Source of the DNA: a virus
Direction: 5' to 3' (one strand)
UHGV virus genome: UHGV-0105892
DNA: 47,067 nt
Position 1 is the first letter of the stretch. Each line of letters starts with the position of its first letter. The position numbers and the translations under genes are program-made. Below the pieces are notes generated by a model that saw only the letters and a list, made by a program, of their open reading frames with translations, was not told the origin of the DNA and made no database searches. Shown here in pieces: positions 11,171 to 20,629 of this stretch.

Positions 11171-11836
11171 TTAAAATCCTTCAATTGGAGTTGGTTTATG
11201 TTCGGTTTTGGTTTCTTCCTGCAGTTCTGGCTGCTGAGGTTGAGGTTTGGCCAGTTTTGCCGGGTTAAAATCACTGCCGCCAGCAATGAATTTCGCTTTC
11301 ATTTCCTGGTATGCACCAACGATTACGCGAGTGGCAGCGTCATCACCACGGAATGATTTGTATTCTTCACCATAAATGGCAGTAAGCTCATCCATGTTTG
11401 CTGCTGAGCGAATGAGTGCGGCTGCATCTTTAGGAGACTTCCGTGCAGCATTGCCATCGTCATCAGCCTGCGCAATACCGAACATGGACGCAATAGAGTA
11501 GCGGCGCGCATACGTCATTGCGGAGCCATAACCCTGAGCATCTTTCTTGGCAACTGGCATTGGCATGACTGAAGACATGTATTCACCAGACTCATGCATG
11601 ATTGTTGTTTCCAGCTTCAAAACATCAACCGTATCGCTCTCAATGGCGTTCTGGATGATGATAAGACCGTTAGCCTCAAGCGCTGGCCTGATGGCATTCA
11701 GGAATGACTCAAGGTTAGCGTAGTTGCTTTTAAGGTGCGGGTTTTGCGCATTCTTTTTAGCGCTGCTACTCATTACCTTGCGCGCCTCTACCAGAGCCTT
11801 AATCAGGTTTGCTTTCTGTTCTGAAAATTTCATCAC
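11171..11836 (-). CDS. ERF-family single-strand annealing protein
   Basis: N-terminal region ..KSNYANLESFLNAIRPALEANGL.. is typical of Erf recombinases. Lies between SSB and the exonuclease. Confidence 0.55.
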   Translation of the reverse strand: MMKFSEQKANLIKALVEARKVMSSSAKKNAQNPHLKSNYANLESFLNAIRPALEANGLIIIQNAIESDTVDVLKLETTIMHESGEYMSSVMPMPVAKKDAQGYGSAMTYARRYSIASMFGIAQADDDGNAARKSPKDAAALIRSAANMDELTAIYGEEYKSFRGDDAATRVIVGAYQEMKAKFIAGGSDFNPAKLAKPQPQQPELQEETKTEHKPTPIEGF

Positions 11837-11856
11837 TTCACCTCATTTACTATAAA

Positions 11857-12813
11857 TTACAGGTTAAATTGCTTTTTGAACCATTCTGGCGTGTCCATTT
11901 CGATGACCGGATTACCCATTGAGTAACCGGGCCATGAACTGGCTTTTTTGCATGCCTTATAGATTTCCATCGCGCTGCGCAGCTGAATACGACCAATGCG
12001 TAACTGCTCATCCGTAAGACGAATCAACGCAGGGATGAATGGAGATTTTTTCTCCTGCACGAGAAGGTTTACCGAGCGAGGTGCATGCCCATAAGCCTCT
12101 ACAAACATGTCGTGCTGCATTGCCATCTTCATAAAGTATCCGAGCCGCGCAGCATGGCGAAAAAACTCATCAGGCTTTGCGCTCACTGCTGTTTTGTAGT
12201 CAATAATGTCGCCGCCGCGAGTAAGGCAGTCAAAGCGTACTTTTGATGGCTCGCCAAGCAACTCACCGAGAATTGACACTTCAGCATAAGCACCAGTAAG
12301 AAGGCTGCTGTAATAGCTGTTTGCATGGATTACGGCGCGCATCTGCATGATAGCGTCATAATCATTACCTTCCAGAATTGATTTACCAGTAGCGGCCTTC
12401 TCTGCTTCTTCACGGATAACATCGTAAATTTGTACTGGCTCGCCAGTGGCCTGAATGATTTTTATCACATCAGCTTTCGACTTCCCTGAAAGACCTTTGA
12501 TGCCGCGCTCTTTCGCCCATGAGTTCATGTCGGAAGCAGTCACCAGCACAGTGCGATTGCCATCTTTGTCTTTCGGAAAATCTTCGACAACTGGCATGCG
12601 TGCATATTCTGCTTCGAAGCGCTCAGGCTCAAGCAATGCAGTATGGCTACCGGTTCCGAAGACAAGAGCCTTTGATTGCTCATCTTCTTCGTCTTTATAG
12701 CGCCAGGCTGCTGGACATCTGTCAAGTATATTCCATAAACCAGAGCCATTAATATGCTCGGTGTCGGAATGGTAATCCTGATTACTTAATTCATTGTTAA
12801 AATAAACTCTCAT
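11857..12813 (-). CDS. recombination exonuclease (PD-(D/E)XK, RecB/Cas4-like)
   Basis: 318 aa with a D..E.K-type core; partners the Erf gene as in phage two-component recombination modules. Confidence 0.5.
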   Translation of the reverse strand: MRVYFNNELSNQDYHSDTEHINGSGLWNILDRCPAAWRYKDEEDEQSKALVFGTGSHTALLEPERFEAEYARMPVVEDFPKDKDGNRTVLVTASDMNSWAKERGIKGLSGKSKADVIKIIQATGEPVQIYDVIREEAEKAATGKSILEGNDYDAIMQMRAVIHANSYYSSLLTGAYAEVSILGELLGEPSKVRFDCLTRGGDIIDYKTAVSAKPDEFFRHAARLGYFMKMAMQHDMFVEAYGHAPRSVNLLVQEKKSPFIPALIRLTDEQLRIGRIQLRSAMEIYKACKKASSWPGYSMGNPVIEMDTPEWFKKQFNL

Positions 12814-12816
12814 TAT

Positions 12817-13320
12817 TCACCACCTGTAAAATTCCTTAAAATTAACTCGCCTGAATGTGTCTGCGGCATTTCTAGCATCATCAATTGAGGAATACCTTCC
12901 AAGATTTTTCATCTTTCCATTTATTCTTCCGTACGCCATCCACTTCTTATTTCTCTTATCCCAATAAACACCCTTTACGCCAGATGTGTTATTTTTAAAC
13001 ATCCCTTTGTTAAATGAACTCTCAGACTTGCTGGCAATTCTTAAGTTTTTTATTGAGTTATTGCTTGTGTCTCCATCAATATGATCGATGACCATTCCAT
13101 CAGGTATTTCACCGTGAACATACGTCCAGATGAATCTATGCAATAACCACCGTCTCCTTCCGAAGGATACAACTTTGTATTTCGCTCCTCCTCTGGAAGT
13201 AATTTCATGTTTATGTATTGCAGACTTACCTGCTTTCGCTAACCCTCTACTCTTTCGCCAAAAAACAGTGCCATCATCCGCATTAACAACAAGCCATTCA
13301 TCTACATATTCTTTATTCAT
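12817..13320 (-). CDS. HNH-AP2 homing endonuclease
   Basis: IDHIDGDTSNN...NLR HNH motif followed by a GVKGVYWDKRNKKW..A AP2 DNA-binding motif. Confidence 0.7.
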   Translation of the reverse strand: MNKEYVDEWLVVNADDGTVFWRKSRGLAKAGKSAIHKHEITSRGGAKYKVVSFGRRRWLLHRFIWTYVHGEIPDGMVIDHIDGDTSNNSIKNLRIASKSESSFNKGMFKNNTSGVKGVYWDKRNKKWMAYGRINGKMKNLGRYSSIDDARNAADTFRRVNFKEFYRW

Positions 13321-13362
13321 GCGACACCTCTTTGGTGTGATTGGATTGTAAGGTGGTATGAT

Positions 13363-13788
13363 TTACTTGTCAACTCCAAAATAAAAAAGTGTGGCTTTTT
13401 TTAGTTCATCAAGACCGTAAGCGATGGCTGCATAATGACCAAGCCTGCACATCTCTGTTAGAACTGCTGATTGATCCTTGCTCACTCTGCTCTTACTTTT
13501 GTCACGGCGCTTTGCCTCAATCATTCCGCAACTGTAATTTGCTCCAGGTGTCATTATCACGTTATCACCTATCCCAGACTTAACCCCCATCTTCTGGCGC
13601 TTCAGTACGAACTGGATGCGGCTGGACGTACCAGTTTCGTTGGGTACATGAAACCAGAGCACGTCAGGGAATCTGCTTTGCATCCATGTGCCGTAACCCA
13701 TCTGGTCAGTGCTTTCCAGCGGACACTCCCCACGATAACCGCTATCAAATACCCATATACCGCTATCAAGCTGCTTCACCTTGCTCAC
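13363..13788 (-). CDS. VRR-NUC-type PD-(D/E)XK nuclease
   Basis: ..D.VIM..G....MIEAK.. core. 141 aa. Overlaps the helicase start. Confidence 0.5.
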   Translation of the reverse strand: MSKVKQLDSGIWVFDSGYRGECPLESTDQMGYGTWMQSRFPDVLWFHVPNETGTSSRIQFVLKRQKMGVKSGIGDNVIMTPGANYSCGMIEAKRRDKSKSRVSKDQSAVLTEMCRLGHYAAIAYGLDELKKATLFYFGVDK

Positions 13789-15688
13789 CTGTAAAATCTT
13801 TTCTGTGGATTATGTCGCGACCTTTATCATTAATACGATGCGTGATGCGTTTTGGCGATTTAATCAATCCCGCATACATCATGAATTGTTTAGCGTTCTG
13901 GCATTTCAGGATTTTCCCAGCTATTGATTTATCATCAAGGTGAGGAAAGATGGCCTTTGCCTTAAACATGTTTTTCATGTGAGTTGCGCCGCCGTATGGA
14001 TAGAAAACTTCATTGGCCCAGCCTTCTTTGCCATCACAACGATTAATCCAGTAGCGATACAAAATACCTTCTCCATCCTTCGTTAGCTGCACCTTGAAAT
14101 CCATAACATCAGCCCACTCATTATCGGTATAAGCACGCTCATTCAGCGCTGCATTCGGGTCGCGCAAAACATGATCGCAATGTCGGCAATAACGAGCTGT
14201 CGGGTCGTTCTTTGTTCCACAGCCATCATCAAAAATACGGATGCCGTGCTTGTCGAAACCGCAGCGAATGAAGCTGAAAAATTCTTCGCAACGACCATCT
14301 GGCGATAGTGCATCTTTTCCAATGCAGCGGCGAGCATATGGGCTGTTCATTGTCCCGCACTTAGGACACGGAACCTGTTCGCCACTTCGTTTTGAACGTT
14401 GCGCTTCTGCCTCTTCCAGAATCGGGTCTTCATACAACTGACCAAGCTCAAACATCGTTCCTGAGAAATCAAGAACCAGATGGTCTTCTTTATGATACCC
14501 GGCATCAATTTGCTCTTTCTTCAGCAGGCGCATTCCGCGACCAAGCAACTGCACAAGAAGAGTGAGTGACATTATTTTTCGCAATATGCAGCTCGTATCC
14601 CATAACGGTATATTTACGCCAGTGGTAAGGGCGGCTATCTGGAATGTGAATTTTTTGCGCCCGGTGTATGCATCTTTTAGAGCCTTCCTTCTGGCTTTTG
14701 ACCCCATATCTTCTGTAACTATTGAATAACTTCCTTCAGGCAAATACTTTGCCGCCTCCTGACAATGCTTCTTACCGGCACATGTAATTAGCACTCCGTT
14801 CCTGTTTTTAGTCAATTCCATAACCTTGAGCATGATTTTCTGCGTCAACGTACCTTGCTCAAGAATTTCTTTCTGCATCTGCTTGAGCTGCTCGGCGGTA
14901 AAGTCCTGAGTACCATCAACATCTGAGCCATGAAAATCTGAAAGGTCATAATGCAGACTATCAACATCATGAAGACCAAAAATTGTTGGCACAAGAAAAC
15001 CGTTTTCAACCATGTACTTGGTATCTATGTTGATAATCTCTTTCTTCCAGAAAGCGCCTTTTATTGATGTAGTTCCGCGAAACGGTGAGCCTGTATAACC
15101 TATTATTCTCAACTCATGGCCGTGCTTATCTTTGCACCTTTTCATTAGCTCATTAATTATCATTGCATACTGCGTATCACCATCATTAACAACATCAACG
15201 TCATTAACCATATGATTTTCATCGATAAGCAGGAATCTTGGGCAAAAGTCAGAAAGCGCACCTTTTGCAATAACATTACCTGACTCATCCTTTTTATCAA
15301 ACAAAGCATTTACAACAGTGCCCTCGGAGCCGCAGATTATTGGGTACGTAGAACTTTTCCTGCCCAACGAAGCACTGAATAGTGAGTTTCTAACACCAAG
15401 CGCCCATAGCTCTTCCGCATCTTGCTCCACTATTTCGCCCTGTCTTGATAAAATCATCCCTGAATATCCCATTTCCTGAAAACGCTTTGCTATCATGGCA
15501 ATCATCAGTGACTTTCCGCTACCGACGCTTGCTGTTACATAGCTTGGACCAACATAATGGCGGATCACATCACCAGTTAACTTATATATCAACCACTGAT
15601 ATGGTCTTGGCTCGATATCACCAGTATCCAAGCAGGATTTCAGCAAGTTAATGTCAATCTCTGAAATCATTTTGTCTATCTTATGCAT
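13766..15688 (-). CDS. SF2 DNA helicase with C-terminal zinc ribbon
   Basis: Walker A VGSGKS, motif II LLIDENH, later helicase motifs, and C-terminal CPKCG..C..CRHCDH. Confidence 0.75.
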   Translation of the reverse strand: MHKIDKMISEIDINLLKSCLDTGDIEPRPYQWLIYKLTGDVIRHYVGPSYVTASVGSGKSLMIAMIAKRFQEMGYSGMILSRQGEIVEQDAEELWALGVRNSLFSASLGRKSSTYPIICGSEGTVVNALFDKKDESGNVIAKGALSDFCPRFLLIDENHMVNDVDVVNDGDTQYAMIINELMKRCKDKHGHELRIIGYTGSPFRGTTSIKGAFWKKEIINIDTKYMVENGFLVPTIFGLHDVDSLHYDLSDFHGSDVDGTQDFTAEQLKQMQKEILEQGTLTQKIMLKVMELTKNRNGVLITCAGKKHCQEAAKYLPEGSYSIVTEDMGSKARRKALKDAYTGRKKFTFQIAALTTGVNIPLWDTSCILRKIMSLTLLVQLLGRGMRLLKKEQIDAGYHKEDHLVLDFSGTMFELGQLYEDPILEEAEAQRSKRSGEQVPCPKCGTMNSPYARRCIGKDALSPDGRCEEFFSFIRCGFDKHGIRIFDDGCGTKNDPTARYCRHCDHVLRDPNAALNERAYTDNEWADVMDFKVQLTKDGEGILYRYWINRCDGKEGWANEVFYPYGGATHMKNMFKAKAIFPHLDDKSIAGKILKCQNAKQFMMYAGLIKSPKRITHRINDKGRDIIHRKDFTGEQGEAA

Positions 15689-15691
15689 AAC

Positions 15692-16339
15692 TCACCCTAA
15701 ATTAATAAACTCTTTATGGTTAGCAACCATGAATTCACGAATCGCCTTTTCTGCTGATTCTATGGTGTCAAACAAACCAAGATGAACCCTCTTCTTGTTT
15801 ATTGATGTCTGCGCTCTCCATTTGTTGCACCTTTTATCGAAATGCACACCTTTTACACCAGATTTATTTGTTGATTTCTTTTTCATGTTGAACATGTTTT
15901 GTTGGTGACTAGAAATCCTAAGGTTGCAAATTCTATTGTCTGATTTGTCACCATTTATATGGTCTATTTCATACCCATCTATATCTTCTCCATAAACATA
16001 AATCCATGCCAGCCTGTGAGCTTTCCTTAGTTTTCCCAGTAGTGTGATGGTAATGTACCCTGCCTTATTCTTATGCCCAACAATCTTGCCTTTACGCCAG
16101 AGTGTTCCATGTGTTTTTGCAGCTGTAAAAACGCCAGTCTCAGGGTTATATTCAAGATATTCCATTATCTGTTTTTGAGTTATGAATTGGGTTTTTCTTC
16201 TGTCTGTGCTTGCGCAATCTGCACCTCCCAGAGCAGCATTTTGCTTTTGCAGTTCCGATAAACTCATTTCCGCAAACCTCGCACTTCTTAACGGTGATAG
16301 CCATTTCTTATCCTCTATTGTAACGATTAATTGTTTCAT
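15692..16339 (-). CDS. HNH-AP2 homing endonuclease
   Basis: IDHINGDKSDNRICNLR HNH motif plus a GVKGVHFDKRCNKWRA AP2 motif. Inserted between the helicase and the primase. Confidence 0.7.
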   Translation of the reverse strand: MKQLIVTIEDKKWLSPLRSARFAEMSLSELQKQNAALGGADCASTDRRKTQFITQKQIMEYLEYNPETGVFTAAKTHGTLWRKGKIVGHKNKAGYITITLLGKLRKAHRLAWIYVYGEDIDGYEIDHINGDKSDNRICNLRISSHQQNMFNMKKKSTNKSGVKGVHFDKRCNKWRAQTSINKKRVHLGLFDTIESAEKAIREFMVANHKEFINLG

Positions 16340-16411
16340 TGCAAGTAACGATTGATTGTTTCATGTGAGTAAATTACAATGATTCTACATCATCGTCAAC
16401 AGGAAGATTTT

Positions 16412-17365
16412 ATGAGATACGACTGGAAAGACATTGAGCCAAAAATGCTCGGAAATTGGCAAGCTGCCATCATGTCTATCGTCAATGTGGATAGCAGAGT
16501 TTTCAATGGCAAGCACCAGCCATGCCCGTCATGCCTTGGCAAAGACAGGTATCGCTTTGATGACAACTTCGAAACAAAAGGCGATGGAGGAGCAATCTGC
16601 AATCAGTGCGGTTCCGGCAGCGGTATGAACTGGCTGATGAAACTTTCAGGCATGAACTTCCCTGAAGCGCTGGAGGCACTGGGAGGATTCCTGAATATGC
16701 ACCCACGCGAAAAGCTGGAGGCAATCAGGAAGGAGTTACCGAAGATAAATTACAACGATGACTTCATCACCGAGCAGGAAGTCGCAGCAATCATGTCTAA
16801 AACGACGCGCGTCGCGATGAATGAGTGGACTTTGATAAATGGTATTGGTTGCGACGTTAACGTCGTCAGAGGCAAATCTGGAGAGCTTATAGCGGTTGAG
16901 ATGGTGCGCGCTGACACAATGAAGCCGTGCAACGTGGCATTCATTGGCATGGATGGTGATTCATTCAGAACGTTTTTCCGCGCTGGATACAACAAGGACT
17001 CAGCCATAAACGGCAAACTTACACGTGGCGCGATAAGCCCAATCGGAGAAGATAACGGAAAGTTCATTTATCTGGTGTCTGATTATGCCGATGCGTGGAA
17101 ATGCCATTACTTCACTGGCGCTCATGTCTGGTGCTGCTGGTCGCCGGAAAACATGTGGGAAGTGATGCGCTCTGTTAGTGATGAGACGAAAGCACGGCTA
17201 CGCTGCATAGTTAATTATAAATTTGACGAACTGTGCTCTGCGGAAAACGCAGGGCTACCGGTGATGCTGCCTGATGATGCGGACACGATAAGAATGGCAA
17301 AGAGAATCAGGAGAAAGATTTATGACGCTGGCGAGTTGATAGAGAAAATGTCAGTTAGCAGATAA
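16412..17365 (+). CDS. DNA primase (zinc-ribbon type)
   Basis: CPSC..C..CGSG zinc-binding N-terminus. AGGAAG SD before the ATG at 16412; the ORF in the track starts at 16379. Confidence 0.55.
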   Translation: MRYDWKDIEPKMLGNWQAAIMSIVNVDSRVFNGKHQPCPSCLGKDRYRFDDNFETKGDGGAICNQCGSGSGMNWLMKLSGMNFPEALEALGGFLNMHPREKLEAIRKELPKINYNDDFITEQEVAAIMSKTTRVAMNEWTLINGIGCDVNVVRGKSGELIAVEMVRADTMKPCNVAFIGMDGDSFRTFFRAGYNKDSAINGKLTRGAISPIGEDNGKFIYLVSDYADAWKCHYFTGAHVWCCWSPENMWEVMRSVSDETKARLRCIVNYKFDELCSAENAGLPVMLPDDADTIRMAKRIRRKIYDAGELIEKMSVSR

Positions 17366-17395
17366 AAGAAAACCTCCGATTGGAGGTTTTTTATT
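17366..17395. terminator. bidirectional rho-independent terminator
   Basis: aacctcc-gattg-ggaggtt hairpin plus a T-run. Convergent junction of the primase (+) and the 17.4-19.9 kb minus-strand operon. Confidence 0.7.
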
Positions 17396-17400
17396 GTTTG

Positions 17401-17817
17401 TCAGGAATCGGTGAAAAGTGGCGGTATCGCCCCGAATGATATCTTCAATTTGTAATGTTTGACCGCGTCGTGCCACGCCTTCACGCAACGTCTTATCGCC
17501 TCGTTTCTTTCCCTTCCTTTCCCTGCGGAATGAATTTGGTGTGGCCCATCATCGCAATAGACTACGTGAGCGAAAGTGGCCTGCCATAAGTCTTCCCCTC
17601 TCTGAAAGCAAGTAACGAAAAAAGCACTATCTGGTGAAATTTCAACACGGGATATGTTTTGCAAGTTACACCCGCGAAACAGCGAGAAATCAAACAAACA
17701 GTAATCAGCCGACAAACCGAAACCAAAATGAGTTGTCGGACCGTCCAATTTTGGCAAACCTCTGAATGCATAATGAACAATTACTGAGTCCCACGGATAT
17801 TTATTGATTTTCATCAC
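17401..17817 (-). CDS. hypothetical protein, paralog A of a tandem pair
   Basis: 138 aa. Shares an ordered motif set with the next gene: F.FG..AD..F.D..F, EIS.D..F, G.DLW, DG.H.QIH..G.G.E. Confidence 0.5.
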   Translation of the reverse strand: MMKINKYPWDSVIVHYAFRGLPKLDGPTTHFGFGLSADYCLFDFSLFRGCNLQNISRVEISPDSAFFVTCFQRGEDLWQATFAHVVYCDDGPHQIHSAGKGRERNEAIRRCVKAWHDAVKHYKLKISFGAIPPLFTDS

Positions 17818-18179
17818 AATACACCCTCACTGCGTTTATGATCAATTTCATCCCGTATACGAAGCCACAATTGCCTTGTGTTTTTTACCGCCTTGTATTT
17901 TGTCTCCCCGATTCCAGACGTGTGAATCTGATACTTTTTACCAGTATGATGTCCATCTATGCCAATCAAGACGCCTCTCCAACCATTACCATGCACGTCT
18001 TTGAAGCAAAAAATGCCGCTAATAACTTCAATGCCTTCTTGAGAGTCTCCATATGGGAAAAACAGATCATGAAACCAATCACAATCAGCAGCGCCCAATG
18101 TGAAATCAACTTTACCAGGACGAGTTTCTGTTGCATAACAGTTAACAACATTTTCATTAATCACTATATTCATCGCCAA
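17814..18179 (-). CDS. hypothetical protein, paralog B of a tandem pair
   Basis: 121 aa. ATGA overlap with paralog A, and overlaps the upstream 495-aa gene by 10 nt. Confidence 0.5.
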   Translation of the reverse strand: MAMNIVINENVVNCYATETRPGKVDFTLGAADCDWFHDLFFPYGDSQEGIEVISGIFCFKDVHGNGWRGVLIGIDGHHTGKKYQIHTSGIGETKYKAVKNTRQLWLRIRDEIDHKRSEGVL

Positions 18180-19657
18180 CCCCTCATTGCAGACATATTC
18201 ATGCCAATCCCATCAACAATTTGCGTGAATTTAACGCTCATTTTCGTGCCTTCAAATTTACTTGCGTCGTTAATCCAGTAACTGCAACCTATAGCATCAA
18301 TAGCACGAGATGCCATGAGAGATTGTATTACTGGAGCAACAAGAATTTTTGCGCCATAAGAAAAATCCTCACCATTAGATCTTGCTATCGCTTCAGCAAG
18401 AGCCTTGAGGGATTTTGTTTTAACAACTCTCTGAACGAGAATAGACTGAGGCATCCTGTCATCCATCGTTCTTCCTGAAAGGATATTCTCAATTCTATTT
18501 TTAATCTCATTCCATCTTGCCATTGTTCCTAGCTCTTCCTGACTCTCGTTTACTTTTAGCATGCTCATGACGTCTGTCAGGCTTTCGCAAACAAAACAGA
18601 ATGACCACATCAGCATTTCTTCTGTAATTACACCTTTATTTCCAGCAGAAAGTGCAGTCGCAACTTTTTCAACCTGCTCGAATGAACGGGCAATTACCGC
18701 ACCAAGAGAAACATCATTTACAAGTTCCTCAAATCTGTCATCAAGTGATTCAGCCAGCGCCTGCACAACATCATTTTCGTATCTTGCAAGCTGTGGTGAT
18801 GATTTTTCCACTGCCTTCATTTTATCTATTAGAGACTGTGGTGTTTTGTGGCCATATTTGCGTAATTTCCTTGCGCGACCGTCTTTCCCTTTAATGAATA
18901 TTGCGCGACCAATCAAGCCTGTTCCGATATTTTCTGAACAAATAATACTGGACAGCTTCTCTGGTGTTGAAAAGCACATCATTGAGAATATCGGGTCTTC
19001 GATACCCTGCTGGATTGGCCACAATATTTCACGCTCAAGCTGCTGCTCGCGTCTGCGGTATTCTGACTCTACAATCCCTTTATCCTTAACTTCAGCCTTC
19101 AGCTTCTTGAGTTCCTTCTCAAGCTGCTCTTTGGCGTTAACAGCATCAAGGTCGGAAAACTTCTTCAGCCTGTCGGAATAAACAGACAGAATCTCAGAAC
19201 CAAGTTCAGCCATGTAAGCTGCGCCATTCTTCTGAGTCATTACACCAAACAATCCATGACATTCATCAATAATAAATGTCGCTACGCCATCATGATTTAT
19301 CAGTGACCGACCGATATCTTTTGATGATGCAATGCGACCAAACACATGCATACCCTTTTCGATATCTCTCGCCATGATTTTGAAATGGCTTTGTGATCTA
19401 TCCTTTCCTCCCGCTGAATCTGCGATACAGATAGTGAGGAGATTTCCCTTCATACCGCTTGGTGTTTTAATCTTGCCCTTGCTGGCAATAATCAGTTCAT
19501 GAAGAGCTGCAACAGCTCTAAGTCTTGGTTGTTCACGAACCTCACCAGCGGCAATGTCATCAGCAATTTCACCAGCAAGTCCAGGTGGTTTTGTGATGTC
19601 GTACCATCTGTCTTTGTTTATGTCAGAAGTCAGGTCATAAATGGTTTTTATCGACAT
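18170..19657 (-). CDS. large uncharacterized protein (495 aa)
   Basis: No recognizable family. Contains the stretch FIIDECHG, a GTGLIG (GxGxxG-like) segment and a coiled-coil-rich middle. The antisense ORFs across it are Ser-rich artifacts. Confidence 0.6.
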   Translation of the reverse strand: MSIKTIYDLTSDINKDRWYDITKPPGLAGEIADDIAAGEVREQPRLRAVAALHELIIASKGKIKTPSGMKGNLLTICIADSAGGKDRSQSHFKIMARDIEKGMHVFGRIASSKDIGRSLINHDGVATFIIDECHGLFGVMTQKNGAAYMAELGSEILSVYSDRLKKFSDLDAVNAKEQLEKELKKLKAEVKDKGIVESEYRRREQQLEREILWPIQQGIEDPIFSMMCFSTPEKLSSIICSENIGTGLIGRAIFIKGKDGRARKLRKYGHKTPQSLIDKMKAVEKSSPQLARYENDVVQALAESLDDRFEELVNDVSLGAVIARSFEQVEKVATALSAGNKGVITEEMLMWSFCFVCESLTDVMSMLKVNESQEELGTMARWNEIKNRIENILSGRTMDDRMPQSILVQRVVKTKSLKALAEAIARSNGEDFSYGAKILVAPVIQSLMASRAIDAIGCSYWINDASKFEGTKMSVKFTQIVDGIGMNMSAMRGWR

Positions 19658-19878
19658 TAAAAAATCCTCTTAACAAAGACTTTCCCATCACTGGCTTTAC
19701 ATGTGAATGATTTGCCTGTTGAATGCCCGTAAGCATGAGCCCGTCTCTGAATCCTTGTATTGCTGTATTCACATTCTGATATGCAAACAATGTCCCCAAT
19801 CTCCATCCTATTAAATGGCCATTTCGTTCTCTTCTTTGCATTATCCAGATCAAATTGAGTTGCCATTGTTACTTTCAT
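19657..19878 (-). CDS. hypothetical small protein (73 aa)
   Basis: First gene of the minus operon, overlapping the start of the 495-aa gene. Cys-containing. Confidence 0.45.
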   Translation of the reverse strand: MKVTMATQFDLDNAKKRTKWPFNRMEIGDIVCISECEYSNTRIQRRAHAYGHSTGKSFTCKASDGKVFVKRIF

Positions 19879-19976
19879 TCAAGCCTCCTGTTGTTATCTC
19901 ATTGCATATTGCTCTTATCTTATGTGCATGTCAATACGCCAGCAGGTAGTAACTGGCCCGACCAGTGCGTCGGGAT

Positions 19977-20180
19977 AAAAAAGTATAAAAAAGTATAAAA
20001 TTTGGATAAGAGTTTTCGCTACTAAGTATATGTATTTATTAATATTATTATTGATATATAGTGTTATTTATCCGATTTACACCGTTTTTCTCCCCCTCTT
20101 TTTTCACTCAAAAATCTATCTCTAAATTTTTATTTCTCTCTATTGTATTTCTGGATAAGTATAAATCGGATAAAACGACT
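19977..20180. promoter_or_regulatory. AT-rich repeat-containing control region (candidate origin or early regulatory region)
   Basis: Direct repeat aaaagtataa x2. 12-bp inverted repeat ttatccgattta (20068-20079) and taaatcggataa (20162-20173). Two ggataag copies give four TTATCC DnaA-box-like cores. Long T/A tracts. Confidence 0.4.
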
Positions 20181-20327
20181 TAACACCATGAATTATAATG
20201 TTATTTTCGGTATAAATGAAGAAATTGTCAGGGGTAAATGGATAGGTGCACCAGTTAAAAATCAATAACTTACAAAATTAATAACTGTGAGTGACAACTA
20301 ACATGGATGTTTATTTTAGCTATGCTA

Positions 20328-20356
20328 TTGACGTAGAATCATCATTGATGTAGATT
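20328..20356 (+). promoter_or_regulatory. sigma70-like early promoter built from two motif copies
   Basis: TTGACG, 17 bp, then TAGATT (ttgacgtagaatcatcattgatgtagatt), about 30 nt upstream of the first early gene. Confidence 0.5.
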
Positions 20357-20386
20357 GAACTCATCGGAACAAACGAGGGTGAAGAG

Positions 20387-20533
20387 ATGAAAATCAAAGA
20401 CCGTGAAGAATTTGAAGATGCACAGGCTATGGCGCGCATTGCAGTTGAGCGCACAAACAACAGCATTCCAGCAGAAGCATTCTGGAGCGCAGCAATGCAG
20501 GCTTTAATCTCATCGTATGGGTTGAGCAAATGA
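20387..20533 (+). CDS. early small protein (48 aa)
   Basis: GAGGGTGAAGAG SD. First of a chain of coupled tiny genes. Not in the track (below its size cutoff). Confidence 0.5.
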   Translation: MKIKDREEFEDAQAMARIAVERTNNSIPAEAFWSAAMQALISSYGLSK

Positions 20534-20625
20534 CAGGCGCAGCATTCGAACTTATCGCCAGTCTGGTTATCGTGGCATTCATCATTATCTCAGTGGCAGT
20601 TTCCAAATCAGGGCATAAGGAGTAG
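20530..20625 (+). CDS. early small membrane peptide (31 aa)
   Basis: ATGA overlap with the previous gene; one hydrophobic helix (LIASLVIVAFIIISVAV). Confidence 0.4.
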   Translation: MTGAAFELIASLVIVAFIIISVAVSKSGHKE

Positions 20626-20629
20626 AAAA

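Noticed and set aside
18561-19181. 206-aa plus-strand ORF opposite the 495-aa gene
   Set aside because: It is Ser-rich and low complexity, with no start context. It is antisense to a longer, better-supported ORF.
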